Shown in pieces: positions 7,856 to 17,804 of a DNA stretch of 64,000 nucleotides (position 1 is its first letter; every line of letters starts with the position of its first letter). Under the pieces are notes generated by a model that saw nothing but the letters and a program-made list of their open reading frames with translations, was not told the origin of the DNA and searched no databases. The position numbers were made by a program, and so were the translations under genes. The stretch covers positions 102,891-166,890 of the forward strand of contig JBKBPM010000001.1 in the NCBI GenBank assembly GCA_046293175.1, written 5' to 3'. The stretch comes from Minisyncoccia bacterium. Its GTDB lineage: Bacteria; Patescibacteriota; Minisyncoccia; Phycocordibacterales; UBA918.

Positions 7856-9622
7856 TTATGAGAGTGCGCGAGTATCGCGTTCGTGGGTGAGCTGCTTCAC
7901 AAGGTCATCAATCGTGAGTACCTCCTTGGTGCCATCACGTTTTTCAAGTGTGACCGTGTGACTATTCATTTCTTGGTCACCAAGGACGATGAAGTAGGGA
8001 AGTCGGTCGGTCTTTGCTTGGCGAATCTTCTTACCCATAGATTCGTTTTCTGCATCAAGGGTGGCGCGTAGACCTGCTATCTTGAGTGTTTGGAGCACAT
8101 CCTCAGCATAGGCGATATGCACTGCATTAACAGGGATGATACGCACCTGTTCAGGAGCGAGCCAGAGGGGGAAGTTGCCACCAAGGTGCTCAATGAGGAC
8201 GGCGAGGAAACGTTCGAGTGATCCAGCAATTGCGGCGTGAATCATCACAATTGGCTCCTTCTCACCCTTTTCATTCGTGCAGGTGAGGCCGAAGCGGACC
8301 GGCATGAGACGGTCGAGTTGGATGGTTGCAACCTGGTGGGTGCGACCAATTGAGTCCTTGGCCATGAAGTCGAGTTTCGGTGCATAAAAGGCCGCTTCAC
8401 CAACGCCTTCGAAGTAATCAGCCTCACGGTCTTGTGCAATTTGCTTCATGAGACTCTCGGTCTCTTCCCAGACGGCACTATCGCCAAGATACTTTTCTTT
8501 GTTCTTTGGGTCGTGGAAGGAGAGACGGACACGGAGTTTGAAGTTAAAGGCACCGTAGAACTCACTAATGATGTCCCAGATTTTTTCAATCTCTTCACGA
8601 AGCTGCGACTCACGGCAAAATACGTGTGCATCATCCTGAGTGATTGAGAGTACACGAGTGAGGCCGGTAAGCTCACCTGATTGTTCGGCGCGGTAGACCA
8701 TAGTGGTCTCGGCGTAGCGCTGCGGGAGGTCACGGTACGAACGGGGTACAGCATCATAAATCTGCGTGTGATGCGGACAGTTCATCGGCTTGAGCACATA
8801 CATCTCATGATCATCACCTTCCTTTGCCATAACCTTAAAGAGGTCCTCACTGTATTTGTTCCAGTGACCGGAGGTTTCGTAGAGAGACTTCTTGGCAATA
8901 TGTGGAATTGTCACGTGCTCATAACCACGAGCGTCACGGAGTTCTTGCACAAAAGCATCAAGCCGCTGCCGCAAGGCGGTACCCTTAGGCGACCAAAGCG
9001 GCAGTCCCACCCCGACGAGATCAGAGAATGAAAAGAGCCCCATCTCCTTACCAAGCTTCCGATGATCGCGCTTCTTCGCTTCCTCAAGTTGGGTCAGGTA
9101 AGCGTCAAGCTCGGCAGCTGAATCGAACGCAAGACCATAGACACGGGTCAACATCGGATTTTTTTCGTCACCACGCCAGTAGGCCCCGGCGACTTTGTCT
9201 AGTTTGAAACTATCCGCGTCAATTTCAGCTGAAGGGTTCTCCGAGTGGCCACCGCGACAGAGGTCGGTAAATTCACTCTTACCAGTACCACAGGTGTAGA
9301 GGGTGATGGTTTCGCCACGAGCAGCGATTTCTTCGATCAGTTCGAGCTTAAACCGATTGCCGGCAAAAATTTCACGAGCTTCTTCGACTGACACCTCGCG
9401 ATGGCTCCAAGCGGTCCAAGTATTGAGGAGCTTCTTCATAGCCTTCTGAATCTCCTTTAAGCCATCGTCACCAAGGGCCGGACCGTCACTAAAATCAACG
9501 TCGTAATAGAAGCCAGTGTCGATGGCCGGGCCAAGGGTGAGCTTGGCGTGGGGGTAGGCGTCGATGATGGCTTTGGCCATTAGGTGCGCCAGCGTATGTC
9601 TCTTATGATCTAAGTTACTCAT
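7856..9622 (-). CDS. thrS: Threonine--tRNA ligase lacking the N-terminal TGS domain; it starts at the N2 editing domain
   Basis: 589 aa from MSNLDHKRHTLAHLMAKAI. Class II aaRS motifs present (RDHRKLGKEMGLFSF, KPMNCPHHTQIY, FYAPKLDFMAKDSIGR). The ORF-track extension up to 9799 runs through a terminator hairpin and was rejected. Confidence 0.9.
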   Translation of the reverse strand: MSNLDHKRHTLAHLMAKAIIDAYPHAKLTLGPAIDTGFYYDVDFSDGPALGDDGLKEIQKAMKKLLNTWTAWSHREVSVEEAREIFAGNRFKLELIEEIAARGETITLYTCGTGKSEFTDLCRGGHSENPSAEIDADSFKLDKVAGAYWRGDEKNPMLTRVYGLAFDSAAELDAYLTQLEEAKKRDHRKLGKEMGLFSFSDLVGVGLPLWSPKGTALRQRLDAFVQELRDARGYEHVTIPHIAKKSLYETSGHWNKYSEDLFKVMAKEGDDHEMYVLKPMNCPHHTQIYDAVPRSYRDLPQRYAETTMVYRAEQSGELTGLTRVLSITQDDAHVFCRESQLREEIEKIWDIISEFYGAFNFKLRVRLSFHDPKNKEKYLGDSAVWEETESLMKQIAQDREADYFEGVGEAAFYAPKLDFMAKDSIGRTHQVATIQLDRLMPVRFGLTCTNEKGEKEPIVMIHAAIAGSLERFLAVLIEHLGGNFPLWLAPEQVRIIPVNAVHIAYAEDVLQTLKIAGLRATLDAENESMGKKIRQAKTDRLPYFIVLGDQEMNSHTVTLEKRDGTKEVLTIDDLVKQLTHERDTRALS

Positions 9623-10052
9623 ATCTATGGGCGGCAGCCAGGGTGAGCGTCTCGCTGTGTTGCGGAGCCTCATTGTCGAACTCATCGTATTGCAATACGT
9701 CTCGTTCGCCAATTTCTCCGCGCTTGCGATACATCTCACCGCAACTGCCGAATTGGTTACTGTATTAATAATTAAACGAAAAATCGCCCGAGCGAACATA
9801 TGACAGGATTCATATGTTCGCTCGGGCGTTCTTTTGGTAAAGTCGCGGTTCCACCGAGCTTTAGTAAGGGGTCAGACCCCTTACTTTCTTTTAGTACAGA
9901 TTAGGGAGAGGTTTCTCCACGTCTCCCTAGGCAAGGCCTCGGGACGTGTCCCGAGGCCTTGCCTAGGGAGACGTGACGTTGGTGGTTGGTAGCCACCACA
10001 ATCTCTGTGTTAGGTATCATCCTAGCGGATAGGGAGAAATTGGTCAACCATA
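9623..10052 (-). promoter_or_regulatory. Candidate T-box riboswitch leader of thrS: promoter, short stem I, antiterminator/terminator
   Basis: Minus-strand promoter TTGACC-17-TAGGAT (10047-10019). AGAGA box, then a hairpin whose loop reads cuACCAa (Thr codon ACC followed by A). T-box-like sequence AAAGCUCGGUGGAACCGCG with the canonical 7-nt bulge UGGAACC. Helix A1 (GCUCGG/CCGAGC) and helix A2 (GCG/CGC) compete with a 19-bp terminator hairpin (9785-9828) that is followed by a U tract. About 160 nt then run to the ATG. Confidence 0.6.
9925..9975. repeat. Long palindromic repeat element: 24-bp stem, an extended member of the CCCTAGGCAAGGCC family
   Basis: tctccctaggcaaggcctcgggac-gtg-tcccgaggccttgcctagggaga is a perfect inverted repeat. 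Confidence 0.55.
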
Positions 10053-10520
10053 ATTGTTTAACCCCGCGCCAGGAGTGGTATGGCGCGGAGCGTGGGTTTA
10101 CACCTGATAGTGTTCGATGGGTCCTTCAGGTCTCGCAGGATTTGGCTTATCTGCAAATAGTGCCAGCCAGCCCCTGAATTCTTGGAGGTCGTGTTTCTTG
10201 CGTTTCGGCACGCCCCTTTTCAGCAACAGGTCCAGGCAGGGCATTTCGAAAATCTGAGGATGCACTTCTATGAAATCGTCTCCGAAGATCTGTGAAGTCA
10301 TTGCAGCGATGCGGGGCTGTAGGCCGATCATAGTCTTGAATTCTTAAGTCGTCGTATACCGACTCTCGTTTGGTCCGGTGTAGATCATGATGTAGAAATT
10401 GGAAACGATAGTATCAGGTGCACCTCCGCCAAACCCAATCAATCTCAGTCGCATGTTCGTCCTCCTCTTTAAGGTTGTCGACTTACAATCAAGAATTACA
10501 GAGATAGTGACGAAAAACTA

Positions 10521-13500
10521 CTATGATTTAGATTCTGTGGATGCGATTGGGATGAGTGCCTTCACCCGATCAATGGCAATACTGGGTTCGTCGTTACGAA
10601 TGGTGAGCTTGCCCTTAATGGCCACACATTGGCCGGGGACAAAGAGCTCTTTTTGCTCTGTGTACGTAGATGGGAAGGCGACCATCTCAATCGTATCGTG
10701 TTGATCGCCAAGGACGACAAACGCCATCTTGTCACCTTTCTTGGTGATGAGTTCACGGACACTCACGATCATACCGGTGGTGACTAATTCGCCCTTGAGG
10801 CGGACAATAGTGATTTCTTCATTGTTGCGAACAGCGTTCAGAATCGTACCGATACGCGGTCGCTTGACCACTTCAGCTTCGTAGTCGTCAAGCGGGTGGC
10901 CAGAGACGTAGATTCCCAACAAGTCTTTCTCCCAAATGAGTTTTTCAGCCTTGCTCGCCGCGGGGGCGGGTAGGAGGGTGAGATTGGAGACACTATTACC
11001 ACCGAGGCCAAAGAGGGAATCTTGAGCGCTTTCGGCGTTGGCCACTTGCTCGCGGTTAAAGGACAGCATGAGGTCGACATTGGCGAGCAGATGTCCGCGT
11101 TCGTCCATACTATCAAACGCACCGACCATGATCAGGGCTTCAAGAGATTTTTTATTAAGATTGCGGTTCTTGACTCGGGTAAGAAAGTCTTGGAGAGACG
11201 CGAAGCGTCCGTTCTGCTTACGTTCTTCGATAATCGCTTCACTGATACCCTCACCAAAGTTCTTAATAGTTGTCAGTCCAAACCGAATCGTCTGTTTACC
11301 GGGTACTACTGAGAAGTCGGCAAAGGATTCATTGATATCAGGAGGTAATACCTCGATACCCATACGCTCACATTCATGAATGATTTCGGAGATTTTATCC
11401 GTATCGCCAGAATCGGCCGTGAGGACGGCAGACATGTATTCGACCGGATAGTTCGCCTTCATGTAGGCGGTTTGGTAGGCCACGCGACCATAAGAAGCAG
11501 CGTGTGCTTTGTTAAATCCATATGCGGCAAATGGTTCGATCAGGTGCCAGAGTTTTTCGGCCGTAGTAGGGGAGAGCTTACCGTACTCGAGGAAGCCTTT
11601 CATGAGCTTGTCTTTTTCGGCAGCCATGACCTCGGGAATCTTTTTACCCATCGCCTTACGAAGCATATCTGCTTCAAGCCAGCTGTAGCCGGCGAGCTCG
11701 CGTGCGACAGACATGACGTCGTCTTGGTAGGTAATCACCCCGTAACTTCGTTCGAGGATATTCTTAAGGCGGGGGTCGAGATAGGTGACGAGAGCCGGAT
11801 TATGTTTACGCTCAATGTAGGTTGGGATCATTTCCATTGGGCCAGGGCGGTAGAGAGCCACCATCGCATTGATATCGTGGATGGTGGTGGGGCGGAGTTG
11901 TTTCAAAAATGCGGTCATGCCCGAACCGTTGAGCTGGAAGAGCCCCATCGTCTGACCACTGGCGAGCACTGCAAAGGTTTTCGGATCATCGAGTGGAATG
12001 GCTTCAATATCAATTGCTACACCATGAATCTTTTTTACTCGTTTGACCGCATCGGCCAAAATGGCGAGGTTTTTGATACCCAAAAAGTCGAATTTGAGAA
12101 GTCCCACACCGTCTTCACCGACCGATTTCATTTCGTACTGGGTCACATACTTACCAGTCTTCGGGTCGGGTTGGATTGGTACAAATTGATTGAGAGGTGC
12201 AGGCGCAATTACCACACCGGCGGCGTGTACCCCGAGGTGGCGGACGCGCCCTTCGATCTTTTGGGCGAGGTCAATGACCTCACGCGCTTCAGCGTTGGTT
12301 TTGTATAACTTTTGGAGGTCAGGTTCGATTTCAAGTGCCTTCTTGATGGTCATGGGGAAGCCCTGACTACCCATTGGAATGAGCTTCGCTATGGTGTCCC
12401 CAACACTGTAGGGATGCCCAAGCGCTCGCGCCACGTCGCGTACAGCCGCTCGCGCCATCATCGTCCCGAAGGTGCCAATTTGCGCTACTTTATCTTCACC
12501 GTACTTACTCTTCGCGTATTCAATAATCTCATCACGCCGATTATCGGCGTAGTCCATATCGATATCAGGAGCCGATGGTCGCTCGGGGTTGAGGAATCGT
12601 TCAAAGGGAAGTTGGTATTCAAGGGGGTCTACGTTTGTAATTCCGAGTACATAGGTCGTAAGTGATCCTGCCACCGAACCTCGAATGGTGGTGAGAATAC
12701 CGCGTTCGCGCGCTTCGCGGAGGAGGTCTCCTACCACGAGGAAGTACTTAGCATAGCCTTTGTGCTTGATGACCTCCAGTTCGTAATCAAGACGCTCTTT
12801 CACCTCTGTTTGTTTGGTCAAATCAAAACCACGCCAGGTCGCTCCGCGGTACGCCATGTCCTGCAGTTCTTCGTCTGGTGCTTTGCCACTCTCGATTTGG
12901 TAGTCAGGGAAGTACCAGTGAGTACCAATCTCGAGTTCGACCGTACATTGTTCTGCAATTTTAACGGTGTTTAGAACAGCATCTGGAGTCCCCTTGAAAC
13001 GTTCGATCATATCGGCCTGAGTCAAGAACGAAAAGTCTTCTTCACCTTGACCATCGCCTGAGGTGTCAACGACGCCACCGCTTTGAATTTTGACCATAAT
13101 CTCGCGCGCGATGCGGTCCTCAGGATGGATGTAGTAGACATCGTGTGCGGCGACGAGTGGCGTGTTGGTCGTGCGAGCGAGGGTTATCAATTTGTTTTGC
13201 CATTTCTCATGCTCCACAATTTCGGGATGATGGGTAATTTCGAGGTAGCAGTCTTCACCAAAGACACTCTTGTACCAATCGAGTCGCTCCGCTGCCTTCT
13301 CATCATTTTCGTTTTTGAATTGTTGCACCACTTCGCCAGCAAAGGAGGGGATGATACAGATAAGATCCTTCGCGTAAGTGCGAATCAGCTCTTCGTCGAT
13401 GCGGGCCTTGTAATAAAATCCTTCGAGGTTCGAGAGCGTGACGAGCTTGATGAGGTTTTGGTAGCCCGCAAATGTTTTAGCAAGGAGAACGAGGCGTGAG

Positions 13501-13778
13501 CGTGGCTTATCGATCATAGCTTCTTTATTGTGGCGAGTGCGGGGAGCTAAGTAGGCATCAAGACCAATAATGGGTTTGATGCCTTCTTTGGTACAGGCTT
13601 TATAAAAATCGATAGCACCGTAGAGAGCACCAGCGTCTGTGATAGCAAGCGCATCTTGCCCATCCTCTTTGGCGGCTTTAGCCAGTTCCTTAGGGGTTGG
13701 GAGGGCATTAAGGAGAGAGTAGTGCGAGTGCACATGGAGATGGACGAACTGGGCAGACAGGGGTTTCGGGTCAGACAT
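10521..13778 (-). CDS. dnaE: DNA polymerase III alpha subunit
   Basis: 1085 aa. PHP domain (HLHVHSHYSLLNA), polymerase core (GLLKFDFLGIKNL, YQDDVM) and a C-terminal OB fold. Confidence 0.95.
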   Translation of the reverse strand: MSDPKPLSAQFVHLHVHSHYSLLNALPTPKELAKAAKEDGQDALAITDAGALYGAIDFYKACTKEGIKPIIGLDAYLAPRTRHNKEAMIDKPRSRLVLLAKTFAGYQNLIKLVTLSNLEGFYYKARIDEELIRTYAKDLICIIPSFAGEVVQQFKNENDEKAAERLDWYKSVFGEDCYLEITHHPEIVEHEKWQNKLITLARTTNTPLVAAHDVYYIHPEDRIAREIMVKIQSGGVVDTSGDGQGEEDFSFLTQADMIERFKGTPDAVLNTVKIAEQCTVELEIGTHWYFPDYQIESGKAPDEELQDMAYRGATWRGFDLTKQTEVKERLDYELEVIKHKGYAKYFLVVGDLLREARERGILTTIRGSVAGSLTTYVLGITNVDPLEYQLPFERFLNPERPSAPDIDMDYADNRRDEIIEYAKSKYGEDKVAQIGTFGTMMARAAVRDVARALGHPYSVGDTIAKLIPMGSQGFPMTIKKALEIEPDLQKLYKTNAEAREVIDLAQKIEGRVRHLGVHAAGVVIAPAPLNQFVPIQPDPKTGKYVTQYEMKSVGEDGVGLLKFDFLGIKNLAILADAVKRVKKIHGVAIDIEAIPLDDPKTFAVLASGQTMGLFQLNGSGMTAFLKQLRPTTIHDINAMVALYRPGPMEMIPTYIERKHNPALVTYLDPRLKNILERSYGVITYQDDVMSVARELAGYSWLEADMLRKAMGKKIPEVMAAEKDKLMKGFLEYGKLSPTTAEKLWHLIEPFAAYGFNKAHAASYGRVAYQTAYMKANYPVEYMSAVLTADSGDTDKISEIIHECERMGIEVLPPDINESFADFSVVPGKQTIRFGLTTIKNFGEGISEAIIEERKQNGRFASLQDFLTRVKNRNLNKKSLEALIMVGAFDSMDERGHLLANVDLMLSFNREQVANAESAQDSLFGLGGNSVSNLTLLPAPAASKAEKLIWEKDLLGIYVSGHPLDDYEAEVVKRPRIGTILNAVRNNEEITIVRLKGELVTTGMIVSVRELITKKGDKMAFVVLGDQHDTIEMVAFPSTYTEQKELFVPGQCVAIKGKLTIRNDEPSIAIDRVKALIPIASTESKS

Positions 13779-14285
13779 ACTGGCAGTATACCAAAAATCC
13801 CTGATTCAGTTATCTACATAGGAAAGGGCGTCTCGGGAGAGTATCGAAGGCGCCCGGCGGGCTTCATTTATTGATGGCTACGACACGTAACGTGCAGTAT
13901 CCGCACCGTCATAGTGGATCTCTCACGGGATTTTTACCTCGAGCAGCAAGTTCCTTGTCATCGACTGATAGACTCGATAGAAGTTTTCACCTGGCGTCCG
14001 GTCTCAATTCTGGCGGAATTCAATCTACATAGTCTTGACTGTCCAGAGCAGATTTCTGGTTATGGGTGTCGAGTATTTCGGCTGGACAAATGGCACTGCC
14101 AAGCTCCATGTAGGCATTCGGGAGTTCTTGCTTGGTGAGGATGCTGGCACTGAGAATATCAGCATCAGTCAGATTGTCGGCCGAGGTGAAAGTGGGGAGT
14201 ATTGAAAGTCTCTTGAGAGATGAGCGTTTCGCTCGAAATAATGCCATATTTATCATAAATAGTCAATTAGTGGTATACTGATCAA

Positions 14286-14963
14286 ATGATGAATTTCCGC
14301 TACGAAATCGGTATTGATGAGGCTGGGCGAGGCCCATTAGCTGGTCCGGTGGCGGTTGGGTTAGTGCTCGTGCCGGCTGGTTTTGATTGGTCATTGTTGC
14401 CGGGGGTGGGTGATAGTAAAAAGGTGAGTGAAAAGAATCGAGAGTGGATCTATAAAGAAGCTCTACAACTCGCTAAGGCTGGTAAGCTTTGGTGTACGGT
14501 GGAGATGGCGAGTGCCAAGGCGATTGATAAAAAGGGGATTGCGGTCGTGATCCGCTCGTGTATTGATAAGGGTCTACAAGAACTTAGTTCGAGGCAAGAC
14601 CTCGAATTAGATTGGGGCACGGTTGCAGTGAAGCTTGATGGGAGTCTGCGGGCCCCCGAGTACTGTCTCCAGCAAGAAACAATTATCAAAGGGGATGCAA
14701 AAGAAAAGGTGATAGGACTGGCGTCCATCCTCGCCAAAGTGACCCGCGATGCCTATATGTGCCGCCTGGCCAACAAACCGGCTTATGCGTCCTACCAACT
14801 CGCGAAGCATAAGGGTTACGGTACCGCCCTTCACCGTCGGACAATAACACAAAATGGCCTTTCCCCTGAGCATCGAGCGAGCTATTGTAAAAATATAAAG
14901 TTGTGTTATATTTCAAACCCCCTAAGTGGGGTAACAAAAGAAGAAAGAGGAAAGAATGCTTGA
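14286..14963 (+). CDS. rnhB: Ribonuclease HII
   Basis: GIDEAGRGPLAGPVAVG active-site motif; 225 aa. Confidence 0.9.
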   Translation: MMNFRYEIGIDEAGRGPLAGPVAVGLVLVPAGFDWSLLPGVGDSKKVSEKNREWIYKEALQLAKAGKLWCTVEMASAKAIDKKGIAVVIRSCIDKGLQELSSRQDLELDWGTVAVKLDGSLRAPEYCLQQETIIKGDAKEKVIGLASILAKVTRDAYMCRLANKPAYASYQLAKHKGYGTALHRRTITQNGLSPEHRASYCKNIKLCYISNPLSGVTKEERGKNA

Positions 14964-15561
14964 TCATCCCAAGAGCTCTGAGTTTGAAAACATGCACGCT
15001 GCTCCGGCTCAGAACGCGGTCAGTTCCTATCAAGTGCTACTTTCGCTCATGGTGACCGCCTTTGACCCGTTCGGGTTCTGGCGAGAGCATTTTATCGCCG
15101 GTAGGCACACCCGCATTTGCACTTGTGGTGAAAATGTCGTATAGTATAAAAGGTCTAATCAACCAAATTGTCCCGCTTCAATGTACTCAGAAAAGATGGA
15201 GAAAGAAGTTGAGGGACAACGAAGGTTTGAAAATGACCAAGCCGAGCGCGTGTGAAAAGTGTTTCGGCAATGAAAACGGCTGCAAGTTTGGTGGTGACAT
15301 CAAAAAGCCGCCACGGTCATGGAAGCAATGCGAGTATCGAGTCGCGCAAGCGAAAAAACTCATTCTCGAATCCAAGATTGCTCGTGGACAGGCATGTCCA
15401 TGGACGCCAACCTCTCTGGCAGTCTAAGTACAACGACAAGTGATGGTCTTCGAAGACATCTCTTGGCTGGATATTCCGGCAAACTGACCACCAGTCACGG
15501 TGGTCTTTCTTTTTGCTTTAGTATTGCATTTTTTTCTGTATCTGCTATAGTTTGCCCCATT

Positions 15562-15828
15562 ATGGTAGTACGAATGCGACATACGCGGTCCCACTCCGCC
15601 AATCGACGCTCTCACCACGCTCTTAAGAGCCCGGAGATGGCTGTCTGCAAAAACTGTGGTGCGATGCACCGTCCACATCACATGTGTTTGGCATGTGGCT
15701 TTTACAACGGTCGTATCGTGATTGATATGAAAGCTAAGGCAGAAGCCCGAGCAGCTCGCATGACCGCGAAGCGCGAAGCAATCCGCGCTGAGGCTGGTTT
15801 GCAAGCAGAAGCTCCGGCAACCAAGTAG
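15562..15828 (+). CDS. rpmF: 50S ribosomal protein L32 with a C-terminal Ala/Arg/Glu-rich extension
   Basis: MVVRMRHTRSHSANRRSHHALKSP...HRPHHMCLACGFYNGRIVI matches the L32 family (RRSHDAL, C-x2-C zinc ribbon). About 30 extra C-terminal residues. Confidence 0.75.
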   Translation: MVVRMRHTRSHSANRRSHHALKSPEMAVCKNCGAMHRPHHMCLACGFYNGRIVIDMKAKAEARAARMTAKREAIRAEAGLQAEAPATK

Positions 15829-15934
15829 TCACTCTCACACAAAGTCCCGCTTCGAAGCGGGACTTTGTGGATAATGCAGTAATGGTCTCTTTGGTGAGGC
15901 TATACTGATGGACAGTAGTAGTTAGTACATTTTT

Positions 15935-16837
15935 ATGGCAAATCGGCACCTTTCACGAAGTATCGTTCTTCAAACCATGTTTGAGTGGGATTTAAATGCA
16001 ATTGACCGCAAAGACGTCATCACTGTTTTAGATAGAAATATAGAAGAATTTGCGCCGAACAAAACTGATCGCCCATTCATGGAAAAGCTCCTTGATGGGG
16101 TTTTGAGTAAGCAACCGGAGCTTGACCTGGTCATAGAAAAAGCCGCTCCTGAGTGGCCAATTGATCGTATCTCTCCTGTCGATCGAAACATCCTTCGCCT
16201 TGGCCTCTTTGAGCTGTTGTTTGCTGATCGTAGTGAAGTACCGGCCAAAGTAGCAATTAATGAAGCGATTGAACTCGCGAAGCAATTTGGCGGAGAAAAC
16301 AGTAGTCGTTTTGTAAATGGTGTTCTCGGTGCGGTGTACAAAGAAATCGGTGAACCTGGCAAAGAAGAAATTGGTAAAAAGAAAAAGCGCGACATTCCAT
16401 TCCACGAAATGCCAGTGGAGCGCCTTGGTGGTGCGGTCGTGTATGCCGAAGACAATGGATCAATGTACCTCGCACTTGTGCATGACATTTTTGGTCACTG
16501 GACGCTCTCGAAGGGCAAAATAGAAGAAGGAGAAGAACTAGAAGCTGGGGCTGTGCGCGCCCTGAAGTCTGAGCTTGGACTTGATGTTACCATCGAAGCA
16601 CCACTGGGGATGAATGAATACGTAGCTAGTCACCCAGAAAAAGGTAAAGTTCGCAAGCAGGTCAACTATTTTCTGGCTTCTTCACCATATACTGAAATCA
16701 CTCTTGAACAAAAAGGTGGGCTTGATGATGGGCGCTGGTTTAAGGTGGCTGATATCCTCGACCTCAATTTTTATGAGGATATTCTGCCGATTGTGACTAA
16801 GGCTGTTACCATGCTTGTCGGTCGCCGAAGCAAATAG
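15935..16837 (+). CDS. nusB: Transcription antitermination factor NusB fused to a C-terminal Nudix-hydrolase-like domain
   Basis: The N-terminal 140 aa are NusB-like (LRLGLFELLF, VAINEAIELAKQFGGENSSRFVNGVLG). The C-terminal 150 aa carry a Nudix-box-like GKIEEGEELEAGAVRALKSELGL (G-x5-E-x7-R-A-L-x-S-E-L-G-L). Confidence 0.75.
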   Translation: MANRHLSRSIVLQTMFEWDLNAIDRKDVITVLDRNIEEFAPNKTDRPFMEKLLDGVLSKQPELDLVIEKAAPEWPIDRISPVDRNILRLGLFELLFADRSEVPAKVAINEAIELAKQFGGENSSRFVNGVLGAVYKEIGEPGKEEIGKKKKRDIPFHEMPVERLGGAVVYAEDNGSMYLALVHDIFGHWTLSKGKIEEGEELEAGAVRALKSELGLDVTIEAPLGMNEYVASHPEKGKVRKQVNYFLASSPYTEITLEQKGGLDDGRWFKVADILDLNFYEDILPIVTKAVTMLVGRRSK

Positions 16838-17030
16838 GACTTGATTTCTAGCCTCATATACTTTGTTGTCTTCGTCCTTCAAGCCTTCAATGTATACCAA
16901 CCATACACCTCAGGCTTTCAGTCCTCGACGCCGCGTCTCTGAGGCCATTAATCAAGCCCTTTGATTTCGAAGGAGAAGCGGCTGCGTTTTCAAATGCTTG
17001 TGAATACGCTATATTAGAAGATACTCATTT

Positions 17031-17747
17031 ATGGAAACACGAAACATAGCGGATGACTTACAGGCGCTGGAGAAAATTCTCGGTGTCACTTTTTCTGATT
17101 CGCTCCTTTTACTTACTGCTATAACTCACCGTTCATATCTCAACGAACACCGAGATGCACAACAGGATCACAACGAACGACTTGAGTTTCTTGGCGATGC
17201 TGTTCTTGAACTGATTGTGACTGATTATCTCTTTCGTACCTATAGCGACAAACCAGAAGGAGAACTCACAGCGATACGAGCAGCGTTGGTGAACACCGTC
17301 TCACTTTCAGCCGCTTCAGAGAAGCTTGGGGTTAATAAGTATCTCCTTATGTCTAAGGGTGAAGCCAAAGACGAAGGACGAGCTCGTCAGTACATCCTCG
17401 CTAATGTGTTTGAGGCATTTATTGGAGCGATATTTCTTGACCAAGGGTACGAGGCCGCGCGTGCTTTTGTTGCTCGTGAGCTTTTTCCAAAAACCGACGA
17501 AATTGTCCGCAAGCGCCTATGGCAGGACCCAAAAAGTCGTTTCCAAGAGCTCGCTCAAGATTACGCGTCAATCACTCCAACCTACAACTTGCTTGGACAA
17601 GAAGGTCCAGATCATGATCGGATGTTTACTATTGGTGTCTATCTTCGTCACGAATTAGTGGCTGAAGGGAAGGGACGTTCAAAACAGGAAGCTGAACAGC
17701 AAGCCGCCTTGCGTGCCATTGCAGTCAAGGGTTGGGATGCTGACTAA
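17031..17747 (+). CDS. rnc: Ribonuclease III
   Basis: ERLEFLGDAVLELIV signature plus a dsRBD at the C-terminus. Confidence 0.9.
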   Translation: METRNIADDLQALEKILGVTFSDSLLLLTAITHRSYLNEHRDAQQDHNERLEFLGDAVLELIVTDYLFRTYSDKPEGELTAIRAALVNTVSLSAASEKLGVNKYLLMSKGEAKDEGRARQYILANVFEAFIGAIFLDQGYEAARAFVARELFPKTDEIVRKRLWQDPKSRFQELAQDYASITPTYNLLGQEGPDHDRMFTIGVYLRHELVAEGKGRSKQEAEQQAALRAIAVKGWDAD

Positions 17748-17804
17748 ATATAGTGTCCACACAAAGATAAAGAGAGCTCTTGGTGCGTGGTACACTAAGA
17801 GTGC

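Noticed and set aside
9623-9799. ORF-track extension of thrS to 647 aa (MFARAIFRLIINTV...)
   Set aside because: The extra 59 codons read straight through the terminator/antiterminator hairpin and have no ThrRS similarity. The conserved protein starts at MSNLDHKRH (9622).
10098-10331. 77-aa minus-strand ORF flanked by tgaattctt direct repeats
   Set aside because: No recognisable domain or RBS. Kept only as part of the GC-rich-remnant observation, not as a gene.
11376-12665. 310-aa and 117-aa plus-strand ORFs
   Set aside because: They lie entirely antisense within the well-supported dnaE gene and have no motifs.
14020-14256. 78-aa minus-strand ORF divergent from rnhB
   Set aside because: Its start is only 30 bp from the rnhB start, leaving no room for two promoters. 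No homology or RBS.
14956-15560. Possible yceD/DUF177 gene upstream of rpmF (expected from the conserved yceD-rpmF arrangement)
   Set aside because: Cys-pair fragments (CTCGEN, CEKC, NPRLL) appear in three different frames with the wrong spacing, and no single frame gives an acidic DUF177-like protein. I could not support a call. It may be a decayed remnant.
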